Shown: one piece after another, positions 25,972 through 35,249 of the stretch
Layout of the letters: the number at the start of each line of letters is the position of its first letter
Position numbering within the stretch: position 1 is the first letter of the stretch
Assembly (NCBI GenBank): GCA_031409655.1
Contig: JANNXQ010000187.1
Coordinates: 71,515 to 135,514 of the forward strand
Direction: 5' to 3'
Source of the DNA: Chthoniobacteraceae bacterium
GTDB taxonomy: Bacteria; Verrucomicrobiota; Verrucomicrobiia; Chthoniobacterales; Chthoniobacteraceae
DNA length: 64,000 nt
The notes under the pieces: model-generated
Databases searched by the model: none
What the model was told of the DNA's origin: nothing
What the model saw: the letters and a program-made list of their open reading frames with translations, nothing else
Made by a program: the position numbers and the translations under genes

Positions 25972-26553
25972 GCATTTTCACCTGACTTTCCAGAACCGAC
26001 CGACGCCGAATGGATCGCGCGGGTGCGCGCTGGCGAGGCGAACGCATTCGCGCCCCTGTTGCGCAGGCATCTGGCGGCGGTGCGGGCGTTTGTGGCGATG
26101 AAGCTGCCAGTGGCGCATCTGGTGGACGAAATCACGCACGAGAGTTTCGTCTTCGCGTTTCGGAATCTCGATGCGCTGACCTCGGCGGAATCTTTCCGCG
26201 CCTGGCTGCGCGCGATCGCGTGGAACCTCGTGCGCAAAGAGCTGCTCCGCTTCGCGCGCGAACAGACGAATCTTTCCAAACTTCAGCAGAGTCAGCTCGC
26301 GGATCTGGCGGCGGCCGGCGCTCCCAGCGCGGCGAGCGATGAGGCGATGTTCCTCGAGGAATGCCTCGCGCATCTGCCGGACACTTCGCGCCATTTGGTG
26401 CAGGAGCGCTACCGGCGTGGCCTTTCCAACGAAGAACTCGCCGCCGCGATGGGGCGGACGTCGGAGTGGGTGCGCGTGACGTTGTTCCGCATCCGGGCGC
26501 AATTGCGCGAATGCGTCGCCGGAAAACTCGAGCATGTCACCTATGAAAACTGA
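25969..26553 (+). CDS. ECF RNA polymerase sigma factor
   Basis: Region 2 DEITHESFVFAF...SFRAWLRAIAWN; region 4 LEECLAHLP...RYRRGLSNEELAAAMGRTSEWVRVTLFRIRAQLREC. Confidence 0.95.
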   Translation: MAFSPDFPEPTDAEWIARVRAGEANAFAPLLRRHLAAVRAFVAMKLPVAHLVDEITHESFVFAFRNLDALTSAESFRAWLRAIAWNLVRKELLRFAREQTNLSKLQQSQLADLAAAGAPSAASDEAMFLEECLAHLPDTSRHLVQERYRRGLSNEELAAAMGRTSEWVRVTLFRIRAQLRECVAGKLEHVTYEN

Positions 26554-28666
26554 TGAAGAAATCGCCGCGTATCTCGCGGGCGCGTTGGACGAACCCGCCT
26601 GCGCGGAGTTTGAAACCGAGGCCATCGCGGATGCCGCACTGCGGCGCCGGCTGCTCGAACAACGGTGCGTGTCCGAGAGCTTGCGCGCTCTGCTGGGCGA
26701 CAGTTCAGATTTGGAGAATGGAATTCTTTGCGCGCTCGCGGGGCCGCCGGTCGCGCAGTCGGTGAGGCGCGTCGCCGCCGAGACGGTCCACACGCCGGCG
26801 GTGAACAAAGTCGTGCCGCTGCCCACCAACTCATGGGTGCGCTGGGCATTGGCAGCAGCGGCGGTAGTCATGGCGGCGGCGGTAATCGTGGCCGTGTGGC
26901 CTTCTCACGAGATGAAGCAGAATCGTGTCGCGCTTCCAGGTCAGGATGTCGCGACGAACGGGCGACAACCGATGCCTCTCGTGATCGACAGCGGCACCGG
27001 AACGCTGGACTTTGCGAATGGTGCACGGGTCACGGTCTACGGACCGGCCCGCCTCGAGACGGTCGGACCTGCCGAAGCACGCCTCATCAGCGGACGCCTC
27101 GTGGCGTTCGTGCCGCCCGCCGCGCGCGGGTTCGCGGTGCAGACACGGGCTGGACGCGTGGTAGATCTGGGCACGCGCTTTGGCGTTTTGACGGGAGCTG
27201 CTGATGCTGCCGAGGTGCATGTCTTCGAGGGCAAGGTGGAGGTCACGACAGGGCAGCAGCAACTCGTGCAGCTCATCGCAGGCGAAGCCGCCGCGCTCGA
27301 TCCTGTGCTCGGCGTTTCTGCGCGAATGCCGGCGAATGAAGCCAAGTTCGTGATGACCGCTGTGCAGCCAGCGGGCGAGCATCTGGAAAACCCGTTCGTC
27401 GGCGCGACCTTTTACCGCAACGTCGATTACGTCGCTGCAGTCAACAACGCCGCGGAGCTTCAAGGCGGCTCGCTGGGCAGGCAGATGCGGCAGGTGGCAA
27501 ACTTTCCGACCTTCCTCTGGCTGGATAGCATCGCCGCGATCCACGGCACGAATGGCTATCCGCGCAGCCTCGCGGGTCATCTGGACCAGGCGCTCGCACA
27601 GGGTGCTAATGCGATCGGCATCGTCATCTACAATCTGCCCAACCGCGACGGAGCGGCGCTTGCTTCGAACGGTGAACTGATCATCGCGCAGAATGGCCTG
27701 AACCGCTACAAGACCGAATACATCGACGCGATTTACAAGGTCATCAGTCAGCCAAAATATAGCGGGCTGCGGATCGTGATGGTAATCGAGCCGGACTCGC
27801 TGCCGAATTTGATCGTGAACCTGAGCTTCCCAAAAGTCGCGGAGGCCAAGAAGAGCGGCGCCTATGTCCAGGGAGTGAAATATGCAATCGGCACGCTGCG
27901 CTCGCTGAGCAACACCTATGCTTACATCGACGTGGCGCATGCGGGCTGGCTAGGTTGGCCGAATAATATGCGACCGTTTGTCGAGCTGCTGAAGGAGACG
28001 GGCGCGGGCATCCCGGGTGGCATCAGCAAGGTCGATGGCTTCATCAGCAACACGGCGAACTACAACGTGTTCATCGAGCCCTACATGAAGGCCAACCAGA
28101 AGGTCAAAAACCGTGAGGTTCGCTCGCTGCCAAAGCTCTATGACTGGAATGACTACATTGATGAGCAGAGCTTCGCCACCGCGCTGCGCACGGCGTTGAT
28201 CAGCGGGACGAACGCCTATCCGGGCACCGTCGGTCTGCTGATCGACACGTCGCGCAATGGCTGGGGCGGCCCGAACCGACCGACCGGTCCGAGCACCTCG
28301 ACGGATCTGCGTGAATTCGTGCGCGCGACGACGCTCGACAAACGCATCCACAAGGGAAACTGGGGCAATCAGAGCGGGGCCGGGATCGGGGCCAGGCCAG
28401 TGGCGAATCCAGCGCCGAACTATCACGCGTTCGTCTGGGTGAAGCCACCGGGCGAGTCCGACGGTTCGAGCAGATTGATTCCGACCGGGCAGGAGAACCC
28501 GACGGGCAAAGGCTTCGACCGGATGTGCGATCCCACCTATCGCGGGAACTCGCTGAATGGGAACAGTCCCACCGGTGCCTTGCCAAATGCACCGGTCGCG
28601 GGCCGCTGGTTCCAAGCGCAGTTCGAGGAGTTGGTGCGGAATGCTTATCCATCTTTTGAACCATGA
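26534..28666 (+). CDS. FecR-type anti-sigma factor fused to a C-terminal GH6 cellulase domain
   Basis: Overlaps the sigma stop; short N-terminal domain, TM WALAAAAVVMAAAVIVAVW, FecR motifs VVDLGTRFGV and EVHVFEGKVEV; GH6 from ~27380: YNLPNRD, IEPDSL, WLGW, DTSRNG, WVKPPGESDG. Confidence 0.9.
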   Translation: MSPMKTDEEIAAYLAGALDEPACAEFETEAIADAALRRRLLEQRCVSESLRALLGDSSDLENGILCALAGPPVAQSVRRVAAETVHTPAVNKVVPLPTNSWVRWALAAAAVVMAAAVIVAVWPSHEMKQNRVALPGQDVATNGRQPMPLVIDSGTGTLDFANGARVTVYGPARLETVGPAEARLISGRLVAFVPPAARGFAVQTRAGRVVDLGTRFGVLTGAADAAEVHVFEGKVEVTTGQQQLVQLIAGEAAALDPVLGVSARMPANEAKFVMTAVQPAGEHLENPFVGATFYRNVDYVAAVNNAAELQGGSLGRQMRQVANFPTFLWLDSIAAIHGTNGYPRSLAGHLDQALAQGANAIGIVIYNLPNRDGAALASNGELIIAQNGLNRYKTEYIDAIYKVISQPKYSGLRIVMVIEPDSLPNLIVNLSFPKVAEAKKSGAYVQGVKYAIGTLRSLSNTYAYIDVAHAGWLGWPNNMRPFVELLKETGAGIPGGISKVDGFISNTANYNVFIEPYMKANQKVKNREVRSLPKLYDWNDYIDEQSFATALRTALISGTNAYPGTVGLLIDTSRNGWGGPNRPTGPSTSTDLREFVRATTLDKRIHKGNWGNQSGAGIGARPVANPAPNYHAFVWVKPPGESDGSSRLIPTGQENPTGKGFDRMCDPTYRGNSLNGNSPTGALPNAPVAGRWFQAQFEELVRNAYPSFEP

Positions 28667-30036
28667 AATTCTCCCTGCTATCCCTGCTCCTCGCTTTTCT
28701 GTGCTGCGGTGCCCTAGCGAGCGCGGAGACGCGGCCCAATGTGGTCGTCTTGCTCGTCGATGATCTCGGTTATGCCGACGTGAGTTGCCTGACGAATGGC
28801 GCGGTGAGGACGCCCAATCTCGACCGACTCGCAGCGATGGGCGTGAAGTTCACTTCCGGTTATGTCACCGCGCCGCAGTGTGGACCGTCGCGGGCGGGCT
28901 TTCTGACTGGGCTGTATCCGCAGCGGTTCGGCTTCACGAACAACGGCGGAGGCATTCCGACCACGGTGCCGTTGCTGCCGGGCGTGCTTCGCGATGCGGG
29001 CTACCACACGGGATTGCTTGGTAAATGGCATAGCTCCGGCCCGATGCCGCACGCCCGCGGTTGTTTCGATGAGACGCTTTGCTCGCCGCAATCCAGCCCC
29101 TTCATTGACTACCATCACCCGAAGCTCGCGCGGAACGGGAAGGTCGAGACCTGCGAAGAATACAGCACCGATCTCTTTGCCCGCGAGGCGGAGGAATTCA
29201 TCGAGCGCAACAAGGCAAAGCCTTTCGCGCTCACCGTGGCTTTTAACGCGCCGCACATCCTCAAGGTCGTAAAGAACGCCCAGCTCATTCAAAAGGAATA
29301 CGATGCCTCGTTGGCTGCCGGCAAGCCGATGGATGTCCCCAAGGAACCCATGGCGCGTCCAGGCGAGGCTGCGAAGTTTGCCAGTCAGTTCCCCGGCGAC
29401 TCGGCCCGCGCCGATACCGTGGCTACGATTGACGCGCTGGATGAAGCCGTCGGTCGCATCCTGGATAAACTCCAGCAGACCGGACTCGCACGGAAAACGA
29501 TGGTCTTCTTCTTCGGCGACAATGGCGGGCATCCCGAAAACCGCAGCGAGAACTTTCCGCTGCGCGACTACAAATGGAGCGTTTTCGAGGGTGGCGTCCG
29601 CGTGCCCTTTCTGGCGGCCTATCCCGGCGTGTTTCCGGCGGACCTCACCTTCAGCCATCCGGTGAGCACGCTGGACATCTTTCCCACGGTCGCGGCGCTC
29701 GCCGGAGTCAAGCCGCCTGCCAACCTCGATGGCGTGGACCTGACGCCGTTTTTGAAAGGCGAGAAGCCGGGCGAGCCGCACGACGCGCTGTTCTTCAGCA
29801 TCGATGGCAAGCGAGCCGTCCGCCGTGGCTCATGGAAGCTCGTGATGGAGCCTGGCGGCGCGCCGCAGTTGTTCGACCTGAGCAAAGACCTCGCGGAAAA
29901 ACACGACCTCGCGGCGAGCGAGGCGCAGGTCGTTTCGGACCTCACCGAGCGGTGGACAACCTGGCAAGGGCCGATGCCGCCCTCGGTTCGCGGACAACCC
30001 GGTGCCAAAACGGAAGTTTCAAAAAAGATGCCATGA
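28663..30036 (+). CDS. sulfatase (Cys-type, family S1)
   Basis: Signal peptide, PNVVVLLVDDLGY, CGPSR, LGKWH, GDNGG, EGGVRVP; ATGA overlap with the anti-sigma gene. Confidence 0.95.
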   Translation: MKFSLLSLLLAFLCCGALASAETRPNVVVLLVDDLGYADVSCLTNGAVRTPNLDRLAAMGVKFTSGYVTAPQCGPSRAGFLTGLYPQRFGFTNNGGGIPTTVPLLPGVLRDAGYHTGLLGKWHSSGPMPHARGCFDETLCSPQSSPFIDYHHPKLARNGKVETCEEYSTDLFAREAEEFIERNKAKPFALTVAFNAPHILKVVKNAQLIQKEYDASLAAGKPMDVPKEPMARPGEAAKFASQFPGDSARADTVATIDALDEAVGRILDKLQQTGLARKTMVFFFGDNGGHPENRSENFPLRDYKWSVFEGGVRVPFLAAYPGVFPADLTFSHPVSTLDIFPTVAALAGVKPPANLDGVDLTPFLKGEKPGEPHDALFFSIDGKRAVRRGSWKLVMEPGGAPQLFDLSKDLAEKHDLAASEAQVVSDLTERWTTWQGPMPPSVRGQPGAKTEVSKKMP

Positions 30037-30449
30037 AACCATTCAGCTTCATCATCGCTTTGATCGCGCTGGCGGTCGGCTCGCTGGTCGCCGCACCCGC
30101 CCAACCTAACATCGTCGTCTTCATCTCCGACGATCACAGCCAGCTCGACTCGCAGGCTTACGGCTCCAGCGAGGTCCGCACGCCGACCATGGCCAAGCTT
30201 GCGGCGGAGGGCTTGAAGTTCACGCACGACTTTGTCGCCTCGCCATCCTGCGGACCGAGCCGCACGGCACTGCTCACCGGCCTCTGGCCTGCCCGCAACG
30301 GTTCCGAGCCAAACCACAAACCCGAAAATCCCGGCGTCGCTTCGCTCTCACCTTTCGGCGAACCGGTTCTCCTCGGAGAACCGGTGACGTTGATTGAGAG
30401 CGGTAGCAAAGCGGGGAAGGGGAAACCTGAAATGGTGAAATGCCCATGA
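30033..30449 (+). pseudogene. sulfatase with a large internal deletion
   Basis: Signal peptide, PNIVVFISDD, CGPSRTALLTG, then a short tail after ~30348; only 138 aa. Confidence 0.8.
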
Positions 30450-31606
30450 ACCTCGTTCCCTGCGGTCTTTGCGGTCGGAAAATCCTTCACATCATCTCAC
30501 TCTCACTCGTGCTCGGCCTCGGCTTCGCAGCAAACGTCTCCGCAGACGCAAACTCCGCCCGCCCCGACTGCTTCGACGCTGACTACATCAAGTCCACGTT
30601 GATCAAGGTCGCGGAGTGGCAGCTTCAGCATCTGCCACCGCGGCATCAGCCGCTCGGCGCACCCAATGGCGTCTTTCATACCGGCCTTGTCGCCGCCTAT
30701 CAGGTCACGGGGAATGAAGGACTGCTCAAGGCCGTGTTAGCCATGGGCGAGGCCAATCAATGGAAGCCCGGGCCGAAGATGATGTTTCCGGATCACCACA
30801 TCATCCTCAATCCCTACATCGATCTGTTTCGACTGCGGAAAGAACCGCGCATGATCGAGCCAGCCAAACGATTCGCCGACGCCTATATCCAGTCACCCGC
30901 CAACGACACACAAAACAGACTCATCACCTGGTGGCTGTGCGACTATGTGTTCATGGATGCGTCCGTATTCGTGAAACTGGGCTTGATGCTGGATCGTCCG
31001 CAACTGTTGGCCACCAACGACCGGCTCTGGCGCGAGTGCTACGACCTCTTGTTCGATGAGCAACAGAACCTCTTCGATGTGTCGCCGAAGAACTCGATCT
31101 ACAAGGGCTTCAATGGGCCTGATCCTGGGCAGCGCGAGGCCAACGGCGAGAAAATATTCTGGGGCTGCGGCAATGGCTGGGTGCTGGGCGGACTGGCACT
31201 GATGCTCAAAGAACTGCCAGCGGATTACAAGGAGCGGCCGATGTATGAAGCCGTCTTCAAGCGCATGGCCCGTCGGCTCGCCGCCCTTCAGCGCGCGGAT
31301 GGAACGTGGGGCGCGAGCCTGCTCGATCCGAAGTCGTTTCCCAATCCCGAGTCCACCGGTGCGAGTCTGATCACCTTTGGCCTAGCCTACGGCGTCAACG
31401 CGGGCCTGCTGCCGCGCGCAGAGTTTGAACCCGTGGTGCGAAAGGCGTGGACCGGACTCTGCACGATTTGCCTGCAACCCGACTTCCGGGTCGGCTGGAG
31501 CGAAGGCTCCACCGCCAAGCCCATCCGCAGCTACGACCGCGACAGCTACCACCTCTTTTCCACCGGCGCGTTCCTGCTCGCCGGGAGTGAAGTGAGCAGG
31601 CTCTGA
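30446..31606 (+). CDS. glycoside hydrolase family 105/88 (unsaturated uronyl hydrolase)
   Basis: WWLCDYVFM, KIFWGCGNGWVLGGL, LQRADGTW, PESTGASLITFGLAYG, GAFLLAGSE. Confidence 0.85.
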   Translation: MNLVPCGLCGRKILHIISLSLVLGLGFAANVSADANSARPDCFDADYIKSTLIKVAEWQLQHLPPRHQPLGAPNGVFHTGLVAAYQVTGNEGLLKAVLAMGEANQWKPGPKMMFPDHHIILNPYIDLFRLRKEPRMIEPAKRFADAYIQSPANDTQNRLITWWLCDYVFMDASVFVKLGLMLDRPQLLATNDRLWRECYDLLFDEQQNLFDVSPKNSIYKGFNGPDPGQREANGEKIFWGCGNGWVLGGLALMLKELPADYKERPMYEAVFKRMARRLAALQRADGTWGASLLDPKSFPNPESTGASLITFGLAYGVNAGLLPRAEFEPVVRKAWTGLCTICLQPDFRVGWSEGSTAKPIRSYDRDSYHLFSTGAFLLAGSEVSRL

Positions 31607-31624
31607 CTAATCCCATTCCCCATC

Positions 31625-34600
31625 ATGACCTCAATCATCGCGCGCATTTGGAACCATAGAATCATGAAAAGACTATTGTTGCCGGCCATGCTCGCCCTGG
31701 AGGTGCTGTGCGCCTCCCATTCCTTTGCTTACGAGGTGTGGATGGGCACGCATCTGGTGCCGGGCGCCATGGCCACCGATCTGGCGTCCTGGGCGCTGAC
31801 GGCTGCGCAGTTAGAGGGGGTGAACATCAACCTCAGCTCCAATGTCAATGACCCGGCCTCGACAGCCGAGCGGCGAACCATTTTCGCCCAGTTCGCTCAC
31901 GCCAGTCCCATTTACACGGAACTGGCGCGCACCAATGTGACGATTGATCCCGCGCTGACAGATGAACTGGCGTTTCCCAAAGTGGAGGCGGCATTGGATC
32001 GCCTGTTCAGTGCTTCCGCTACTTATGGCTATCCGGTCGAGATGATCATGTTTTACGACAACGCGGCAACCTATCAGGGGACGAACTACACCTACAACTG
32101 GACTACAGTGGAGGTTCAACATATGCGCGACTGGCTGGACGCGAACGGACACGCCGACGTTCTCCTGAGCTATGACGCACGGAATAACAGCGCAGCCAAT
32201 CGTGCATGGTGCGTCAATCCCCTGGTGGACCACGTGGTGATCGAGGCCAGCACCACCGAATTGCTAGGCAATCAGCACAGCCAGATCACCCTGCTTCAGT
32301 GGATCTGGACCAATTCCGCGACGATCGGCAAGAAGGTAATCCTCCAAATTCCCCGCACGGAGGACGCCATCAGCCAGTATGCCGGAACGCGCCGGATCCT
32401 TCAGATGCTTGGAACCCTGCTGGGCTATGGCGACGATGGCGTCCGCAGCAGCCGGTTGGTGTTCCTGCCCGTCACCTACAACGATAACTATCCGTATGTT
32501 CCGGAGACAGTTTCCGGAGGAGCGTCTTATGCCAACAACCTGACTAGCATTTGCCTGTCTCTGATCGAACAGCGTTCCCTCTTCGACGGCTGCACGCGGA
32601 CGCCCACCGTGGCCGATGCGGACAGCCTGGTGCGCCTGTTTCCACCTACCGTCAGTCCCATTCAGGATCAGACGGTGCCGTTCAACACCTCCCCGGGTCC
32701 CATGGCATTCACCGTTGCCGATGACCTCACGCCTGTATCGGCGCTGACGCTAAGTTCTGCTTCCTCGAATCCCAGTCTGGTGCCGGTGGCGAACATTGTT
32801 CTGGGCGGCAGCGGTGCCAACCGCACCGTCACGGTCACTCCCGCCGCCGGTCAATCTGGGAACGCCACCATTACCATCAGCGTCAGCGACGGCACGCTGG
32901 CAAGCACCGCTAAATTCCGCATCACGGTGCTGCCGGTGGGCGTGGTGGCGGGCACGCTCTACAGCAAGGCCGCCGATGCTGGCATCACGGAGGTTCCCGT
33001 CGTTGATAGCAGGACGGCCGCGAGCGCTTACTGCGGTGATACCGGGAGCATTCCCTGGGTGAACCGATGCACCGTCTATGTCTTCCAACTGCCAAATTGG
33101 GGGCCGGTGCCGGCTCCGTTCAACGACGCCGGGTTCACCTTCGAATATGCGGATCTAGTCGGCACCCCTCCCATCATTGACCTCTACGGATTGGGCCGCC
33201 GACCGTCCGCCACGGTGCTGGCGGGCGACTACTATGGCCAGACTGCCGTGCCGGATCCCTCGGACGCGACGCGGCTGCAAGCCAGCATCCTGACCGGCTC
33301 GACCCCGCTGGGGCTGATCAGCACCGCGCCGGCCGGCAATAGCGCCTTGATTAGCTACCTGAACGCCCAATACGCCGGCGGCGCGGGCGCGGGGCAGTAT
33401 GTTTTTCTCCGGCTCAATTCCGCCGCCGCCAAGACGGGCGTCGCCCGCGCCCTGCTGACGCTCTCGGAAGGCGGAGTCGCCGGACTTCCGGACACGCGGC
33501 CCCGAATCACCTACATTGCCACATCCAATGCTCCGCTGGCGATCAGCGCGATTGCCGACCAGACGGTGAGCGAGTCCACGCCAACCGGCGCCATTCCCTT
33601 CACCGTGGGCGACTACACCACGGCAGCGAGTTTGTTGATCGTCACCGCATCCACCAACAACCCGTCTCTCGTGCCTGCGGCAAACATCGTCCTCGGCGGC
33701 AGCGGCGCGAACCGCACCGTGACCGTGACACCCACTTTCGAGCAGAGCGGCACGGCAGTCATCACGCTCACTGTGAGCGATGGTATCAGCACTCGCACGA
33801 GCGCCTTCACGCTCAACGTGCCTCGCCCTGCCAACGTAGTTCTCGCCCTACCTGCTGGTGGGCCGCTCAATGATGCGAGCACTTGGGACAGAGCCTTGCC
33901 TATCGTGGGCGATACCCAGCTTTGGCGGACCGGAGCCAATGCGATCCGCATGGCGGCCACGCCGGAGACCTTCAATGGCGGGACCTTTGTCCTTCAGCCA
34001 GGCGGCGAGTTTGCACCGGGGATCACTTCTGCCGTTCTTACGCTCAATAATGTCGTGCTCAACGGCGGCACGATCACGATGAATGCCGGCGGTGCGCTCG
34101 TCATGGATCTCAGCGGCGATGTCCTCACTTTGAACAGCGGCACGCTGAAAGCCGGAGGCACTGCGAACACGCGTGATGTCCGCTTCCGCAATGGCTCGCT
34201 CGCGGGCAGCGGCACCGTCCAAGTCACCGGCACGGATGCGACTGGGTCGGATGTTGAGTTTCAATCCACGGTCGCGATGAAGGGTTTCGCGGGCATCTTC
34301 GACGTGAAGGACAACGGTATCCTGAATCTGCCGTTCATCGCGCCGAACAACGCGTCCTTTGGCATCATCCTCTCTGGCACGGGCAAATATGCGCATGATG
34401 CCAGCGTGTCCCTCACTTCTTTAGTCATCGACGGCACGCCCATCGCGCCCGGCATCTATACTTACAGCAGCTTCACCCCGGCCCAGCAGGCTTTCTTTGT
34501 TGGCACAAGCAACACCTTCACGATCACCGTCAACAACCCACCCACAATCAGTGCGATCCCCACGCAGACCCTCAGCGCGAACACCGCGAGCACACCGATC

Positions 34601-35224
34601 GCCTTCACCGTCGGCGATGTCGAAACCTCGACGACCGCACTCACGCTCACCGGAGCCTCCAGCAACACCACGCTCGTGCCCGCTGCCGGAATTGTTCTCG
34701 GCGGAAGCGGGGCGAATCGCACCGTCACCATAACGCCCGCGGCAAACAAACTCGGCACCGCGATCATCACGCTGAACGTGAACGACGGCACCGCGACGAC
34801 GAGCACCACCTTCATCGTAAATGTCACCGGCACCGCTGCGGAGACATGGCGGTTCGCCAACTTCGGCACCACGGCGAACACCGGTAGCGCCGCCGACCTC
34901 GCCGATCCCAACAAGGATGGCGAAAATAACCTGCTGGAGTTCGCTACGGGGCAGGATCCTGATGCGACCGGACGAACCAACACACCGCTCGTCCGCAACG
35001 GCAACGCACTCGAATTCACCTACCCGCGCAGCATCGCCGCGATGACCGGTGGCGTCACATTCACCGTCGAGTGGAGCGACACGCTCGCGGTCGACTCCTG
35101 GAGCAGCGTCGGAGTCACCGAACAGATCCTCGCCAACAACGGCACCGTGCAAACCGTGAAGGCCGCCTGCCCGGCGGGCGCGAGCGGGAGACGATTCGTT
35201 CGCTTGCGAGTAGCCGGATCGTAG
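31625..35224 (+). CDS. secreted modular protein: unknown N-terminal domain, Ig-like repeats, beta-helix segment, conserved C-terminal module
   Basis: Signal peptide (start may be ATG 31664); three SSN..LVP..IVLGGSGANRTVT repeats; EWSDTL...RFVRLRV. Confidence 0.85.
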   Translation: MTSIIARIWNHRIMKRLLLPAMLALEVLCASHSFAYEVWMGTHLVPGAMATDLASWALTAAQLEGVNINLSSNVNDPASTAERRTIFAQFAHASPIYTELARTNVTIDPALTDELAFPKVEAALDRLFSASATYGYPVEMIMFYDNAATYQGTNYTYNWTTVEVQHMRDWLDANGHADVLLSYDARNNSAANRAWCVNPLVDHVVIEASTTELLGNQHSQITLLQWIWTNSATIGKKVILQIPRTEDAISQYAGTRRILQMLGTLLGYGDDGVRSSRLVFLPVTYNDNYPYVPETVSGGASYANNLTSICLSLIEQRSLFDGCTRTPTVADADSLVRLFPPTVSPIQDQTVPFNTSPGPMAFTVADDLTPVSALTLSSASSNPSLVPVANIVLGGSGANRTVTVTPAAGQSGNATITISVSDGTLASTAKFRITVLPVGVVAGTLYSKAADAGITEVPVVDSRTAASAYCGDTGSIPWVNRCTVYVFQLPNWGPVPAPFNDAGFTFEYADLVGTPPIIDLYGLGRRPSATVLAGDYYGQTAVPDPSDATRLQASILTGSTPLGLISTAPAGNSALISYLNAQYAGGAGAGQYVFLRLNSAAAKTGVARALLTLSEGGVAGLPDTRPRITYIATSNAPLAISAIADQTVSESTPTGAIPFTVGDYTTAASLLIVTASTNNPSLVPAANIVLGGSGANRTVTVTPTFEQSGTAVITLTVSDGISTRTSAFTLNVPRPANVVLALPAGGPLNDASTWDRALPIVGDTQLWRTGANAIRMAATPETFNGGTFVLQPGGEFAPGITSAVLTLNNVVLNGGTITMNAGGALVMDLSGDVLTLNSGTLKAGGTANTRDVRFRNGSLAGSGTVQVTGTDATGSDVEFQSTVAMKGFAGIFDVKDNGILNLPFIAPNNASFGIILSGTGKYAHDASVSLTSLVIDGTPIAPGIYTYSSFTPAQQAFFVGTSNTFTITVNNPPTISAIPTQTLSANTASTPIAFTVGDVETSTTALTLTGASSNTTLVPAAGIVLGGSGANRTVTITPAANKLGTAIITLNVNDGTATTSTTFIVNVTGTAAETWRFANFGTTANTGSAADLADPNKDGENNLLEFATGQDPDATGRTNTPLVRNGNALEFTYPRSIAAMTGGVTFTVEWSDTLAVDSWSSVGVTEQILANNGTVQTVKAACPAGASGRRFVRLRVAGS

Positions 35225-35249
35225 AATCGAGGCTTTCCACTTGTTCCCT

